A stretch of 64,000 nucleotides of DNA from positions 3,360,001-3,424,000 of the forward strand of contig CBDCJV010000002.1 of NCBI GenBank assembly GCA_965217895.1, read 5' to 3'. This document shows positions 41,886 to 51,805 of the stretch, piece after piece. Numbering within the stretch: position 1 is the first letter of the stretch; each line of letters begins with the position of its first letter. The position numbers and the translations under genes are program-made. Source of the stretch: Waterburya sp. (GTDB lineage: Bacteria > Cyanobacteriota > Cyanobacteriia > Cyanobacteriales > Xenococcaceae). The notes beneath the pieces are model-generated. The model was not told the DNA's origin and ran no database searches. It saw only the letters and a list, made by a program, of their open reading frames with translations.

Positions 41886-42509
41886 CTATTCCTTGGACAG
41901 CAGACTTTTAGTGAAATTTAACAAATCTAGGTTTTTGGCTACACAAGTAAATTTTTGATTTAATGGAACTATTTCAAATCGATCATCCAGGATTATTTGA
42001 CTTAACTTATCTTTTGGCAAAAATAAAACATCTGGTGAATCATGATATTTTAAAGTTTCTTTCCGTCCAACCAGGAAAGGAGCAAAGTCGTAGTCACTGG
42101 TTTGCCCGTACTGGTCTATGATAAAGCCTATAATTCCTCTGTTAATTTCAGCCAATTCATTTAGTGCATAGCCGATTAAAATTCTAGACACCTTTTCCAT
42201 AGAAAGATCATCCAAATAATATAAACCGAAATTTTGGAGAAAGTAATTATCTTTTTGAACAAAAGACCAAAAAACATAAACTTCATTATTTAGCCAAAGT
42301 TTGACACCTAATTCAGTTTTGCCCAAGATAAGATCTTTAAGTTTTTCTTGATTAGCTTCTGTGAAATAATTGACTCCATTAGTGTAAGTAATTAGCTGTG
42401 TTTCTGGGTTTTTTATAAAAAGGTTAGATTTTATAAAATATTCATATATTTTTTTAAAGTTAAAAACTTGTTTGGAAACGTAGTACAAAGTTGCTTCTTG
42501 ATCAGCCAT
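41886..42509 (-). CDS. Hypothetical protein, orphan immunity-like paralog A
   Basis: 207 aa, aromatic-rich, IDQYGQT motif shared with paralog B. Confidence 0.7.
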   Translation of the reverse strand: MADQEATLYYVSKQVFNFKKIYEYFIKSNLFIKNPETQLITYTNGVNYFTEANQEKLKDLILGKTELGVKLWLNNEVYVFWSFVQKDNYFLQNFGLYYLDDLSMEKVSRILIGYALNELAEINRGIIGFIIDQYGQTSDYDFAPFLVGRKETLKYHDSPDVLFLPKDKLSQIILDDRFEIVPLNQKFTCVAKNLDLLNFTKSLLSKE

Positions 42510-42522
42510 CTAATTTAGCCAT
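42502..42522 (-). other. 6-codon mini-ORF MAKLDG overlapping the start of paralog A
   Basis: GAGAGG SD, then ATG GCT AAA TTA GAT GGC TGA. Confidence 0.45.
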
Positions 42523-42586
42523 ATAAATTACCTCTCTATTGTGGTTTTTATTAGTTGGTATTAGAAAGATAGAGCTATTAGTTAAT

Positions 42587-42622
42587 AAGATAAGGTTTGA
42601 TTTATAAATCAAACCTTATCTT
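42587..42622. terminator. Perfect 36-bp palindrome, probable terminator
   Basis: AAGATAAGGTTTGATTTATAAATCAAACCTTATCTT. Confidence 0.7.
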
Positions 42623-42702
42623 TTTGTAGTTCAGCTACAGCAAAATTTTTGTAAAGTAAGTTGAAGCCTTTATATTTAGTTAACTTTTTTTCCCTGGTCA
42701 TT

Positions 42703-43245
42703 TTAGTTAGAAAATTTCATTTCTGCTTGTTGAAATACAGTCGGTGTATAAACTCCAACATCCAAAGTAAATACGTCGTTCATTACTATAACGTAACCTT
42801 TGCAGAGATAAGCAATAGCCGTTGCTAAAGCGACAAACAAAGGAGGTTCCCACTTACTCCTACCTGCATTACTAGTAACACCATAGACGTAACCTATTGA
42901 TTTCCATTTTTGTACTAAGGTTTGGATAGTAACAGAATCTAAGTTACGACCAAAATCCTCAAGCATATCAAGTTCACCAACATAATTTGGTTCGTTTCTA
43001 CGAATATTCATTCCCAGAGTATTAGGAATGCCCGAAGACAAGTAGTAATAATCGTGATTTTCATTATTGAGAAGAGATATCTTCTCGTTTTCTGCCACTA
43101 TTTCATCGCTGCCTAGCTTACACAAAGATACTTTTCCTAGTCTTTGTGCATCTTCTAGAATTAACAATTCTAAAAACTTATTTTTTAGTTCGCCCCAATA
43201 AAAATATTCTGGGCTGGTAGGAAAAATGTAAAGGTCAATACTCAT
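42703..43245 (-). CDS. Hypothetical protein, candidate cognate immunity protein
   Basis: 180 aa; starts 8 nt after the stop of the large repeat protein. Confidence 0.65.
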   Translation of the reverse strand: MSIDLYIFPTSPEYFYWGELKNKFLELLILEDAQRLGKVSLCKLGSDEIVAENEKISLLNNENHDYYYLSSGIPNTLGMNIRRNEPNYVGELDMLEDFGRNLDSVTIQTLVQKWKSIGYVYGVTSNAGRSKWEPPLFVALATAIAYLCKGYVIVMNDVFTLDVGVYTPTVFQQAEMKFSN

Positions 43246-43253
43246 AGTTCTAA

Positions 43254-46200
43254 TTATCTTATAGAAGTACCTGTTGAATCTACTACGACCGTTCCGTCCG
43301 CAGTATCAAAATATATTTTTTCAAATATACCCTCTAAAGGAATATTTTTAATCGGTCCATTGTCAACAAAATTCTTGATTTCTTCTGCACCAAATTGTTT
43401 AACCTCAATTCGGAGCAAGGTGGGATCTGTTATTCCAGCCCTTTGAATTTGAATCCCATTATCATTTATGATCTGTATTAAGTTAGTCTTTCTACCGACA
43501 TTGCTAGCATTCTTCAGCGAGAAAGGTTTTTCTCGTATCTCACCAGATGGTATAAAATAACCTTCAATTCCTTGAGAATTCCCACCTAGAAATCTAACAG
43601 TTCCTCCTCCTTCTAATTCACCTAAACGAACAGCTTGAGGTATTTCTGCTTCAAAATCTGCGTCACCTTCAACAATAACTTTGTTTGCTAAAACATAAGT
43701 TCCTTGAATAGTTGTCTCTCCACCAATGAAAAGTCCACCATTGAGAAGATTTCCAAGAATTTCATCTCTTTGGGGAAAGCTTGTATTATTAGGAATATTG
43801 AGAGCAGATTTTGTAGGAGTAACAAATATATTGCCTCCATCAGTATTCAAAATGTCGTTAATTTGTTTTCCATTAGGAAAACTTTCAACTATTATGCGAG
43901 CTTCTTTCTGTCCAGGGAATGGAGGAGGATTAAAATCGATATCTCCTTTGGTAATAGAAAAATTCTCAAACGTACCGCCATCTTGAAAAGCGTTATATAT
44001 AATACCAGGAAGCGATCTTTCTTTAATTAGAAAAACAGCACCTGTAAAAACTGTATATACTATAGCTCCTCCCACACCAATTATATCAACACCTCCCTCT
44101 GAATTTCTTTGAGCAATTTGGATTCCACCATTTTCACGTGGAGTTAATTCAAAATTAAGTTTTCCAAACTCATTTTGAGCAAACGCGAAACCTTTTGATT
44201 CTGGAGTAATGACCGTTTTAAATTTAAGTTGATTTTCTGATTGAAAAATCGGGTGTGTAATTCTTTTTATTGCGTCAGTTTGACCAAACTCTAAATAGTG
44301 TTGAAGTGGATTTTTGCTAGGGTCGGTTAGTGCTGCAAGCCTCACATCTTCGTAGATTTTGAAATAAAATTCTGTATCAAACAAAGCATTGGGGTCACGG
44401 TTAGGGTTTGTACCTCCAGGATTATTAGGAAGACTTTCTCTCCAGCCATATCTTATATAATGTTCTAGAGGATTTATTCCAGTTTTTACTACATCTGGAT
44501 TGTTAGCTCTGTAGTAAGAAGAATCAAACAAAGCATTTGGATCTCTAATGTCAAAGTCTTCAGAATATCCTTTAAAAATGTAATGCTCTAGAGGATTCAT
44601 TCCAGCTTTTACTACATCAGGATTTTTGGCGTTATAGTAAGAGGTGTCAAACAGAGCGTTTGGATCTCTATTGAGGCTATTTTCGGCAAAACCATATCTT
44701 ATATAGTGTTCTAAAGGATTCATCCCAGACCTTACTACATCAAGATTTTTGGCGTTGTAGTAAGAAGTATCAAACAGAGCGTTTGGATCTCGATTGAGAT
44801 TATTTTCCTTGTATCCTGTAGTCAAGAAATGTACTAGGGGATTGATGCTGTATTTGACTACATCGGGATTTTTCTCGTTGTAGTAAGAGGTGTCGAATAA
44901 AGGATGTGGATCTCGATTGAGATTATTTTCCTTGTATCCTGTAGTCGAGAAATGTACTAGGGGGTTGATGCTGTATTTGACTACATCGGGATTTTTCTCG
45001 TTGTAGTAAGAGGTGTCGAATAAAGGATGTGGATCTCTGTTGAGATTATTTTCCTTGTATCCTGTAGTCGAGAAATGTACTAGGGGATTGATGCTGTATT
45101 TGACTACATCGGGATTTTTCTCGTTGTAGTAAGAGGTGTCGAATAAAGGATGGGGATCTCGATTGAGATTATTTTCCTTGTATCCTGTAGTCAAGAAATG
45201 TACTAGGGGATTGATGCTGTATTTGACTACATCGGGATTTTTCTCGTTGTAGTAAGAGGTGTCGAATAAAGGATGTGGATCTCTGTTGAGATTATTTTCC
45301 TTGTATCCTGTAGTCGAGAAATGTACTAGGGGGTTGATGCTGTATTTGACTACATCGGGATTTTTCTCGTTGTAGTAAGAGGTGTCGAATAAAGGATGTG
45401 GATCTCTGTTGAGATTATTTTCCTTGTATCCTGTAGTCGAGAAATGTACTAGGGGGTTGATGCTGTATTTGACTACATCGGGATTTTTCTCGTTGTAGTA
45501 AGAGGTGTCGAATAAAGGATGGGGATCTCGATTGAGATTATTTTCCTTGTATCCTGTAGTCGAGAAATGTACCATAGGCTCTACTCCTTGTGCTACTACA
45601 TCAGGATTGTTTTGATTGTAATAAGAGGTGTCAAATAAAGGGTTAGGATCTTTCCCAGCAGCATAGCCATTCTCGAAATAGTCAGTAAATGGATTCATTC
45701 CCTTAGGAATTGCGCCTTGTGCTAAATAGTAGTTGGAATCAAATAATTCATCTCCTGAAAAAGCATATTCTAAGGCTCGATAATCACTAGCATTGAAATT
45801 TTTGTAGAAGTCTGCATCATCTGCCTGAGTAAATGAAAACTTAGCACCATTTAAAAACTTATAGTCGAATAAATGAGAGTTTATTTTAAACAAGTTAGCG
45901 TTAAAGTTGACAGATTTAGGTAAATAGTCAAATGTTACTGAGGTAGATGTAAATGTTACTGCCTTTGCATCAAAAGATAGCATTGAATTAAAATCGACTT
46001 TTTCAATTGCAGACGTATAAGTTCCTGGTTTATAAAACTCAAATTTTAATGAATTATTAGAAGTAAATGAACTGAAATCAAATTTTCCAGTTTCAAAACC
46101 AAAAGTTATTGAATTTTCGTTGGGAGTTATTGAACTAAATTCAAAATTATGATGATTAAAAGTTAAAGAATCAGTACTGAAATCAAATGCTAAACTATTT

Positions 46201-47050
46201 AACCTTGGTTTATCAAATTTATAAGGATTTGCATTGTTAAGTAGAGCTAAGTTGGTATTGTTAGGCTTTAGTGAAAATGCTTCATTTCCAATATTTTTCA
46301 AAGGTAAACCTTTGGTTATATCTGTATAAATTGGTGTATAACTATATCTTGGAACATCAAAACCTTTTAAAGCAAGATAGTTAACGGCATCTAAAGGAGT
46401 AAAGGGAATATTACCAACAAGAATGCTGCTATAGTCATTTTTAATTTCTGTATTAAAAATTGACTCCGCCTCAATTTTTCCAATTGCATACTCTAAATCC
46501 CAATCACCACCAAGCGTTTCGCTGCCAGTTGTATCAGTAGAGGCTAAGATATCTGCTTGAGTATACTCACTCAAGTCCTTGACAAATTCTGCACCTGCAA
46601 GATCCTTAGCGACTTCACAACCGTAAAGAATAATGTCACCATCTGCTTCTATAGAATTCCCCCAACCCATTAGTATGTCTGAATACTGTGAGGTAATGTA
46701 TCCTGATTTAATTTGGTATTACCCAGAAATAGTTGACCTGCACTGCCATGAGAAACAATATGAACTGCATTTAAATCATCATATTGACTGAGGTAATTTG
46801 TTATTTGAAATATTCCATCTCGCTGAGAATCTAGAACTACAACATCGGTAGGTTGAGATAAATTATCGATTAAGCTTTGATAATCTTCTACGGCTGAATC
46901 AATAAATAAAACTTGACTGTCTTGAGTTGAACTTTGAATATTATCTACCGATAAATCAGTATCTAATCCATAATTTTGAGTTTGTAAAGAAGTAGAAGAT
47001 GCTGATATTTTTTGCTCCAGTAAATTTGACTCGATGTTGATGGTTTCCAT
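43254..47050 (-). pseudogene. DUF4347 + 41-aa repeat protein with a candidate C-terminal toxin domain; frameshift near 46688 splits it into 46670-47050 and 43254-46670
   Basis: VLFIDSAV...HIVSHG in one frame; DIILYGCEVA...ASTDTTG...GGDWDLE in the next; FDTSYY..NPDV..NPL.H repeats. Confidence 0.8.
44785..45572 (-). repeat. Coding tandem repeat, 123-bp unit, ~6.4 near-identical copies (about 11 with degenerate ones)
   Basis: RDPHPLFDTSYYNEKNPDVVKYSINPLVHF(S/L)TTGYKENNLN; GTCGAATAA recurs at 44892, 45015 and onward. Confidence 0.97.
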
Positions 47051-47335
47051 GATAATTTGATGTAGTTATAAAAAAAGTCGATTTAAAATAACTAAAAAAA
47101 TATCTTTTATTGCCTTAGAGGTAAAAAAACACTTTTGAATAGCTACATTTTCTTTTATACTTTACGAGAGCTTTTATATGACTAGATCACAATCCCGAAG
47201 GAAAATAATCTAGATCACCGAATTATTTTCCTTTGTAGGCATTACCTTTGAAAACCTTAGAAAATTACTAAATTAACCAGAATATTTGGTGGATTTCTGT
47301 AAAAATAGCGATTAGACTCTTTGTTTAATCTGTTG

Positions 47336-50014
47336 ATGTTTTCTAAAACGCGGTTTAATCTTTCTCGTTTGGCAATTGAATATTCTCGTTTAACTATCTG
47401 CTTTTGGTTAGCGATCGCCGTAGCTGGTATATTTGCCTTTAGTTCTTTAAAATACTCTCTTTTTCCTGCGGTAAACTTCCCTGTGGTGGTAATTCGCGCC
47501 CAAGCCGATACAACAACGGTTTTAGATACGGAAGCTAAAATTACTAAACCCTTGGAAACAGCTTTGGCTAATATTCCAGGATTGGCACAGCTATTTTCTT
47601 CTACTTATTCAGGACAAACGATAGTTAATCTTTTACTAGATACTGATATCGATATTGAAGACGCTACGGCTAATATAAAAACCAGTCTCAAACAATTATC
47701 TTTACCTACGACTGATTTAGAGGTAATTCCTTTTAACTTAAACGAAACTAGCGCGATTAGTTATGTTATTACTAGTCAAAAAAGCACTCTTGAAGAATTA
47801 AATGATCTTGCCTCTACCAAAATTGCGCCGATTATAGAAAAATTACCAGGAGTACAGCGAGTAGATATTTTAGGTAATCCTAATAGTAGCGTAGATTCAG
47901 ATATTCCTACAGCTAACAGCAATACTCTAGTTCACTTTAATGGGGACAAGGCGATCGCTTTTCAGGTAATTAAACAAGGTGATGCTAACACCCTCGAAGT
48001 AGTCAGACAGGTAAAAGAAAAAGTCGCTCAACTCCAGCAAAGCCTGCCAACTATTAAGTTTATTTTAGCCGAAACCCCCGCAGGATACATACGTGACAGC
48101 ACCAACGCCACTATTCAAGCCTTGTTTGGCGCAGTAGCACTGGCAATTTTAGTAATTTTTCCCTTCTTACGTAATCTTAGGGCAACTTTGGTCACGGCGA
48201 TCGCTATTCCCATCTCTTTACTAGGGACATTTATTGTCATGGCTGGGCTGGGGTTTAATTTAGAAACCCTAACCTTACTAGCTTTGGCACTAGCTATCGG
48301 CATTATTGTCGATGATGCCATTGTTGAGGTAGAAAACATCATGCGTCATTTAGAAGAGGGTAAAAGTCCTCGCGAGGCTGCCTTATCTGCTACTCGCGAG
48401 ATTGGTTTGACAGCATCTATTTCGACTCTAACTATCGTGGCGGTATTTTTGCCGATTGGCTTAATGGGCGGTACATTAGGACAGTTTTTTCGTCCCTTTG
48501 GCATCACTATTTCGGCTGCGGTTTTGACTTCTCTGCTGGCTGCACGTACCTTAGTTCCTGTATTAGCTATATATTGGTTTAAAAATATAACCAGAGATAG
48601 TAATAATAAACAAGAAACACAAGGCTTTGTTGCCAATAAGTATCGTCAGGTATTGCAATGGGCATTAAATCATCGTCGTGCCGTAATCGGTATCGCGATC
48701 GCCAGTTTTATTACCGGAATTGCTCTGATTCCCCTTATTCCCCAAGGTTTTGTCCCTCAGTTAGATCGGGGAGAATTTAAAATCACTTACACAACTCCCT
48801 TACCAAAACTAACTAGTCGTGCAGATGTAAAGGCTAATAATAGTTCTCCTGAAAAACCTCAATCTAAACAGTTTGACTGGCTGAGAAATATTGCGCGATC
48901 GCCCGAACGTATTTTATTAAATAGAACTATTACAGTAGGGCAAGAAATAGAAACTGTCGTTTTAAATTATCCTGATGTAGCCTCTGTTTACACTATTGCT
49001 GGAGTGCAGGGTGAATTTAATAAGGGCAAACTTTATATTAAGCTTAAAGACAATCGCCGTCTAACTACTAGCCAGGTACAGACAGAGATACGTCAGAAGC
49101 TGCCCAACATTCCCCAGGTAATTATCAGCGTTGAAGATATACCCTTTGTGGAAACAGGAGAAGATCCTTCCTTTAAAGTGGCATTAGCAGGAGAAAATAT
49201 AGAGCAGTTAAGAACCAGCGCGATCGCTTTTCAGCAGAAAATTCAAAACTTATCAGGGTTTGAAGATGTGCGTATTGATGGAGTCGAGCGACCTTTAGAT
49301 AAATTGATTCATCTTGACGGTAAACGGGTGGCTTACATCAACGCCAATCTCACGGCAGATCGAGGAATAGGTGATGCTACCAAAAAGGCGCAGGCGATCG
49401 CCAAGCAGATTTTACCCCCTGGAATTACCTTCGATCTAGAAGGAGACTCAGCGCGATCGCAAAAGATCCTAGGAGAATTTGCCATAACTCTCACTCTGGC
49501 GGTAATTTGTATGCTGGTGGTTTTATACTTGCCCTTTCGTCGTTGGCTTGAACCCTTGGTAATTGGTTTATCTTTGCCCTTATCAATCGTCGGGGCAATG
49601 TTAGCTCTACTCGTTACTCAAAGCGATTTTGGCATGATTTCTCTAATTGGTCTAATTTTTCTATTGGGCTTATTAGATAAAAACGCCATTCTGCTTTTAG
49701 ACTATGCCAACCAACTACGTAACTCTGGCATGAGTCGCACCGAAGCCATTCTACAAACTGGAGTTGTACGACTTCGCCCCATTGTCATGACTACCTTTTC
49801 TACCATACTAGGAATGTTACCGATCGCTTTAGGATGGGGTGCAGGTTCAGAATTACGTCAACCGATGGCAGTGGCTATCATTGGCGGGTTAATAACTTCA
49901 TCTTTGCTCAGTCTAATTGTGGTGCCTGTGATCTATACATTGCTCGAAGATTGGGGTTTAAGCCGTCAAGCATTTAATTTATCTGTTGAGGTTAATCGGC
50001 AAGTAGGAAGGTAG
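47336..50014 (+). CDS. RND efflux permease (AcrB/AcrD/AcrF family)
   Basis: GIIVDDAIVEVENI, LLDKNAILLLD, RLRPIVMTT, RQPMAVAIIGG. Confidence 0.95.
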   Translation: MFSKTRFNLSRLAIEYSRLTICFWLAIAVAGIFAFSSLKYSLFPAVNFPVVVIRAQADTTTVLDTEAKITKPLETALANIPGLAQLFSSTYSGQTIVNLLLDTDIDIEDATANIKTSLKQLSLPTTDLEVIPFNLNETSAISYVITSQKSTLEELNDLASTKIAPIIEKLPGVQRVDILGNPNSSVDSDIPTANSNTLVHFNGDKAIAFQVIKQGDANTLEVVRQVKEKVAQLQQSLPTIKFILAETPAGYIRDSTNATIQALFGAVALAILVIFPFLRNLRATLVTAIAIPISLLGTFIVMAGLGFNLETLTLLALALAIGIIVDDAIVEVENIMRHLEEGKSPREAALSATREIGLTASISTLTIVAVFLPIGLMGGTLGQFFRPFGITISAAVLTSLLAARTLVPVLAIYWFKNITRDSNNKQETQGFVANKYRQVLQWALNHRRAVIGIAIASFITGIALIPLIPQGFVPQLDRGEFKITYTTPLPKLTSRADVKANNSSPEKPQSKQFDWLRNIARSPERILLNRTITVGQEIETVVLNYPDVASVYTIAGVQGEFNKGKLYIKLKDNRRLTTSQVQTEIRQKLPNIPQVIISVEDIPFVETGEDPSFKVALAGENIEQLRTSAIAFQQKIQNLSGFEDVRIDGVERPLDKLIHLDGKRVAYINANLTADRGIGDATKKAQAIAKQILPPGITFDLEGDSARSQKILGEFAITLTLAVICMLVVLYLPFRRWLEPLVIGLSLPLSIVGAMLALLVTQSDFGMISLIGLIFLLGLLDKNAILLLDYANQLRNSGMSRTEAILQTGVVRLRPIVMTTFSTILGMLPIALGWGAGSELRQPMAVAIIGGLITSSLLSLIVVPVIYTLLEDWGLSRQAFNLSVEVNRQVGR

Positions 50015-50042
50015 AGGAAGAGAGTTTAACATTTTATTTTCT

Positions 50043-50171
50043 GGCGTTGCTGAATTAGGGTATGATTTTTAAAAACTAATATTTGGTATTAAATTATTAA
50101 ATTTAAAAAGCTAATAGCTGATAGCTGATAGCTAAAAGCTACGAACCGAAACATTTTGAATCATCAACGCC
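50043..50171. mobile_element. MITE-like element (TIR GGCGTTGCTGAATT) with internal heptamer repeats
   Basis: GGCGTTGCTGAATT...GAATCATCAACGCC; AGCTAAT/AGCTGAT repeats inside. Confidence 0.65.
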
Positions 50172-50176
50172 CAAAA

Positions 50177-50665
50177 ATGAATAAAGAAGATTTAATCAAA
50201 CATCTATCTTTAGTTGAACATATTGAGGGTGGTTATTTCTCGGAAACTTATCGCTCAGAAATAAGTATAACAACCTCAAGAATAGACAGCGATCGCAGTA
50301 TACTCACCTCTATCTACTATCTGCTTACCGACGATCGTCCTATAGATTATTTTCACCAGAATCAGTCGGATATTCTACATTATTTTCAAGCAGGTTCGCC
50401 CATTACCTATCTAATTCTTAGTCCATCTGGGGAATTAAATAAAGTTAAGCTTGGACTCAATTTTGCCCAGGGAGAAGTAGCGCAGCTATTAGTACCAGGA
50501 AATCATTGGAAAGCTGCCGTACTAGAAGCAGGAGAATTTGGTCTATTGGGTGAATCTGTAGCTCCAGGCTTTGATTATCGCGATATGGAATTAGGAAAAG
50601 CAGACTACTTTCGAGATGCTTTTCCTGATTTATGGTCAGAATTAGCTATTTATGTCAAGAATTAA
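50177..50665 (+). CDS. Cupin domain protein (DUF985-like)
   Basis: HIEGGYFSETYRS, TSIYYLL, VPGNHWKAA, VAPGFDYRD. Confidence 0.92.
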   Translation: MNKEDLIKHLSLVEHIEGGYFSETYRSEISITTSRIDSDRSILTSIYYLLTDDRPIDYFHQNQSDILHYFQAGSPITYLILSPSGELNKVKLGLNFAQGEVAQLLVPGNHWKAAVLEAGEFGLLGESVAPGFDYRDMELGKADYFRDAFPDLWSELAIYVKN

Positions 50666-50713
50666 AGGTAGAGAGAATAGCTGATTTACTTTTTATCCTT
50701 CATCTCTTCAAAC

Positions 50714-51265
50714 TCACCTGACGGTAAAGGATTTTGCTGCAACTTCAAAACTGTCCTTAACTTTGTCCCAACGTCTTTGAGGAGTAGACAGACTAAAGGT
50801 AAATATTTTACCTCGGCTAACAGAAACGCTGGCAATATTATGTCTCTCTTCACGATCGGCTAGGTTTTCTTCATACTCTAGAAGATAGTAAGTTTTGTCT
50901 TTATTTTGACGAGATTCGGCTCTGAGAAATTCTGCTTTTTTATCAGGATCGGTATTATTAATTACTTTGAGCAGACGATATCCAACTTCTGAGGGATCGC
51001 CCAAATCTTCTAAGGTTTTGTCATCAGGAACATCATTAATAATAACGCTGAGATTTTCGGTTCTTTCCACCAAATCGCGAAATACAACATCTACGGTTTT
51101 TCGAGCAGATGTTCCTAGGTTAACGGGTATCCAACCGTTAGGATACAAAAACTCATAACCTTTACTGGTGTTGACGTAACTTTGTAACCCACTTACCCCT
51201 GTAGAACAACTTGTTACCAATAAGCTTAAAACAATTAACAAGCCAGCGAAGAAAGACTTGAACAT
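50714..51265 (-). CDS. psbP: Photosystem II extrinsic lipoprotein CyanoP
   Basis: Lipobox LVTSC, GYEFLYPNGW, DVVFRDLVE.TENLSV; start at 51265. Confidence 0.92.
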   Translation of the reverse strand: MFKSFFAGLLIVLSLLVTSCSTGVSGLQSYVNTSKGYEFLYPNGWIPVNLGTSARKTVDVVFRDLVERTENLSVIINDVPDDKTLEDLGDPSEVGYRLLKVINNTDPDKKAEFLRAESRQNKDKTYYLLEYEENLADREERHNIASVSVSRGKIFTFSLSTPQRRWDKVKDSFEVAAKSFTVR

Positions 51266-51429
51266 TTTTATTTTATTACCCCTATAAATCTTGTTTTTAA
51301 TACTATTACTTTGCATTTTTATTGTCTCATAGCATACCAAAGACACCAAAGCAAAATAAATACCCCGTGCTGCAAATATGAAAACACGAGGCAAAATCAT
51401 AATAGTTTTTTTTATTTGATGTTTAGAAA

Positions 51430-51609
51430 TTAACTGGCAGTAGATGCGAATACTGCAACTGCTATGATACCCCCCACCAGCAAAAACCCTAATACTCCGA
51501 GAATGGCATAGTTGCGTTTTTCAGCTTTATCAGGCTCGTCGGCTGTATACATTTTTGGTTCTCTAGCAAAGTTGTTTAATAATCCGCCTTCTTCTTCTGT
51601 ATATGGCAT
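51430..51609 (-). CDS. psb34: PSII assembly factor Psb34 (Ssl1498 family), 59 aa; not in the ORF track
   Basis: MPYTEEEGGLLNNFAREPKMYTADEP..EKRNY followed by one TM helix. Confidence 0.9.
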   Translation of the reverse strand: MPYTEEEGGLLNNFAREPKMYTADEPDKAEKRNYAILGVLGFLLVGGIIAVAVFASTAS

Positions 51610-51805
51610 AAATTTAAAAATCCTCTTGTTTTTATTTGTAAACCTTAATAAATAGTAATCTTATTTATCCGATCGCACAATAAAAAAGCTGAGGGCGTTT
51701 TACTATTCAGTATTTTTAGATAGCGATCGCCTTCTTTCAGCTAAAAGCAAATAAGGAAAATGTTACAACGGTAGTAGTTCTTATGCTCTATTAAAATAAT
51801 TTGGC

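Noticed and set aside
44785..45572. Regular repeats as a CRISPR array
   Set aside because: Units are contiguous 123-bp in-frame coding repeats with no unique spacers, and no cas genes are present.
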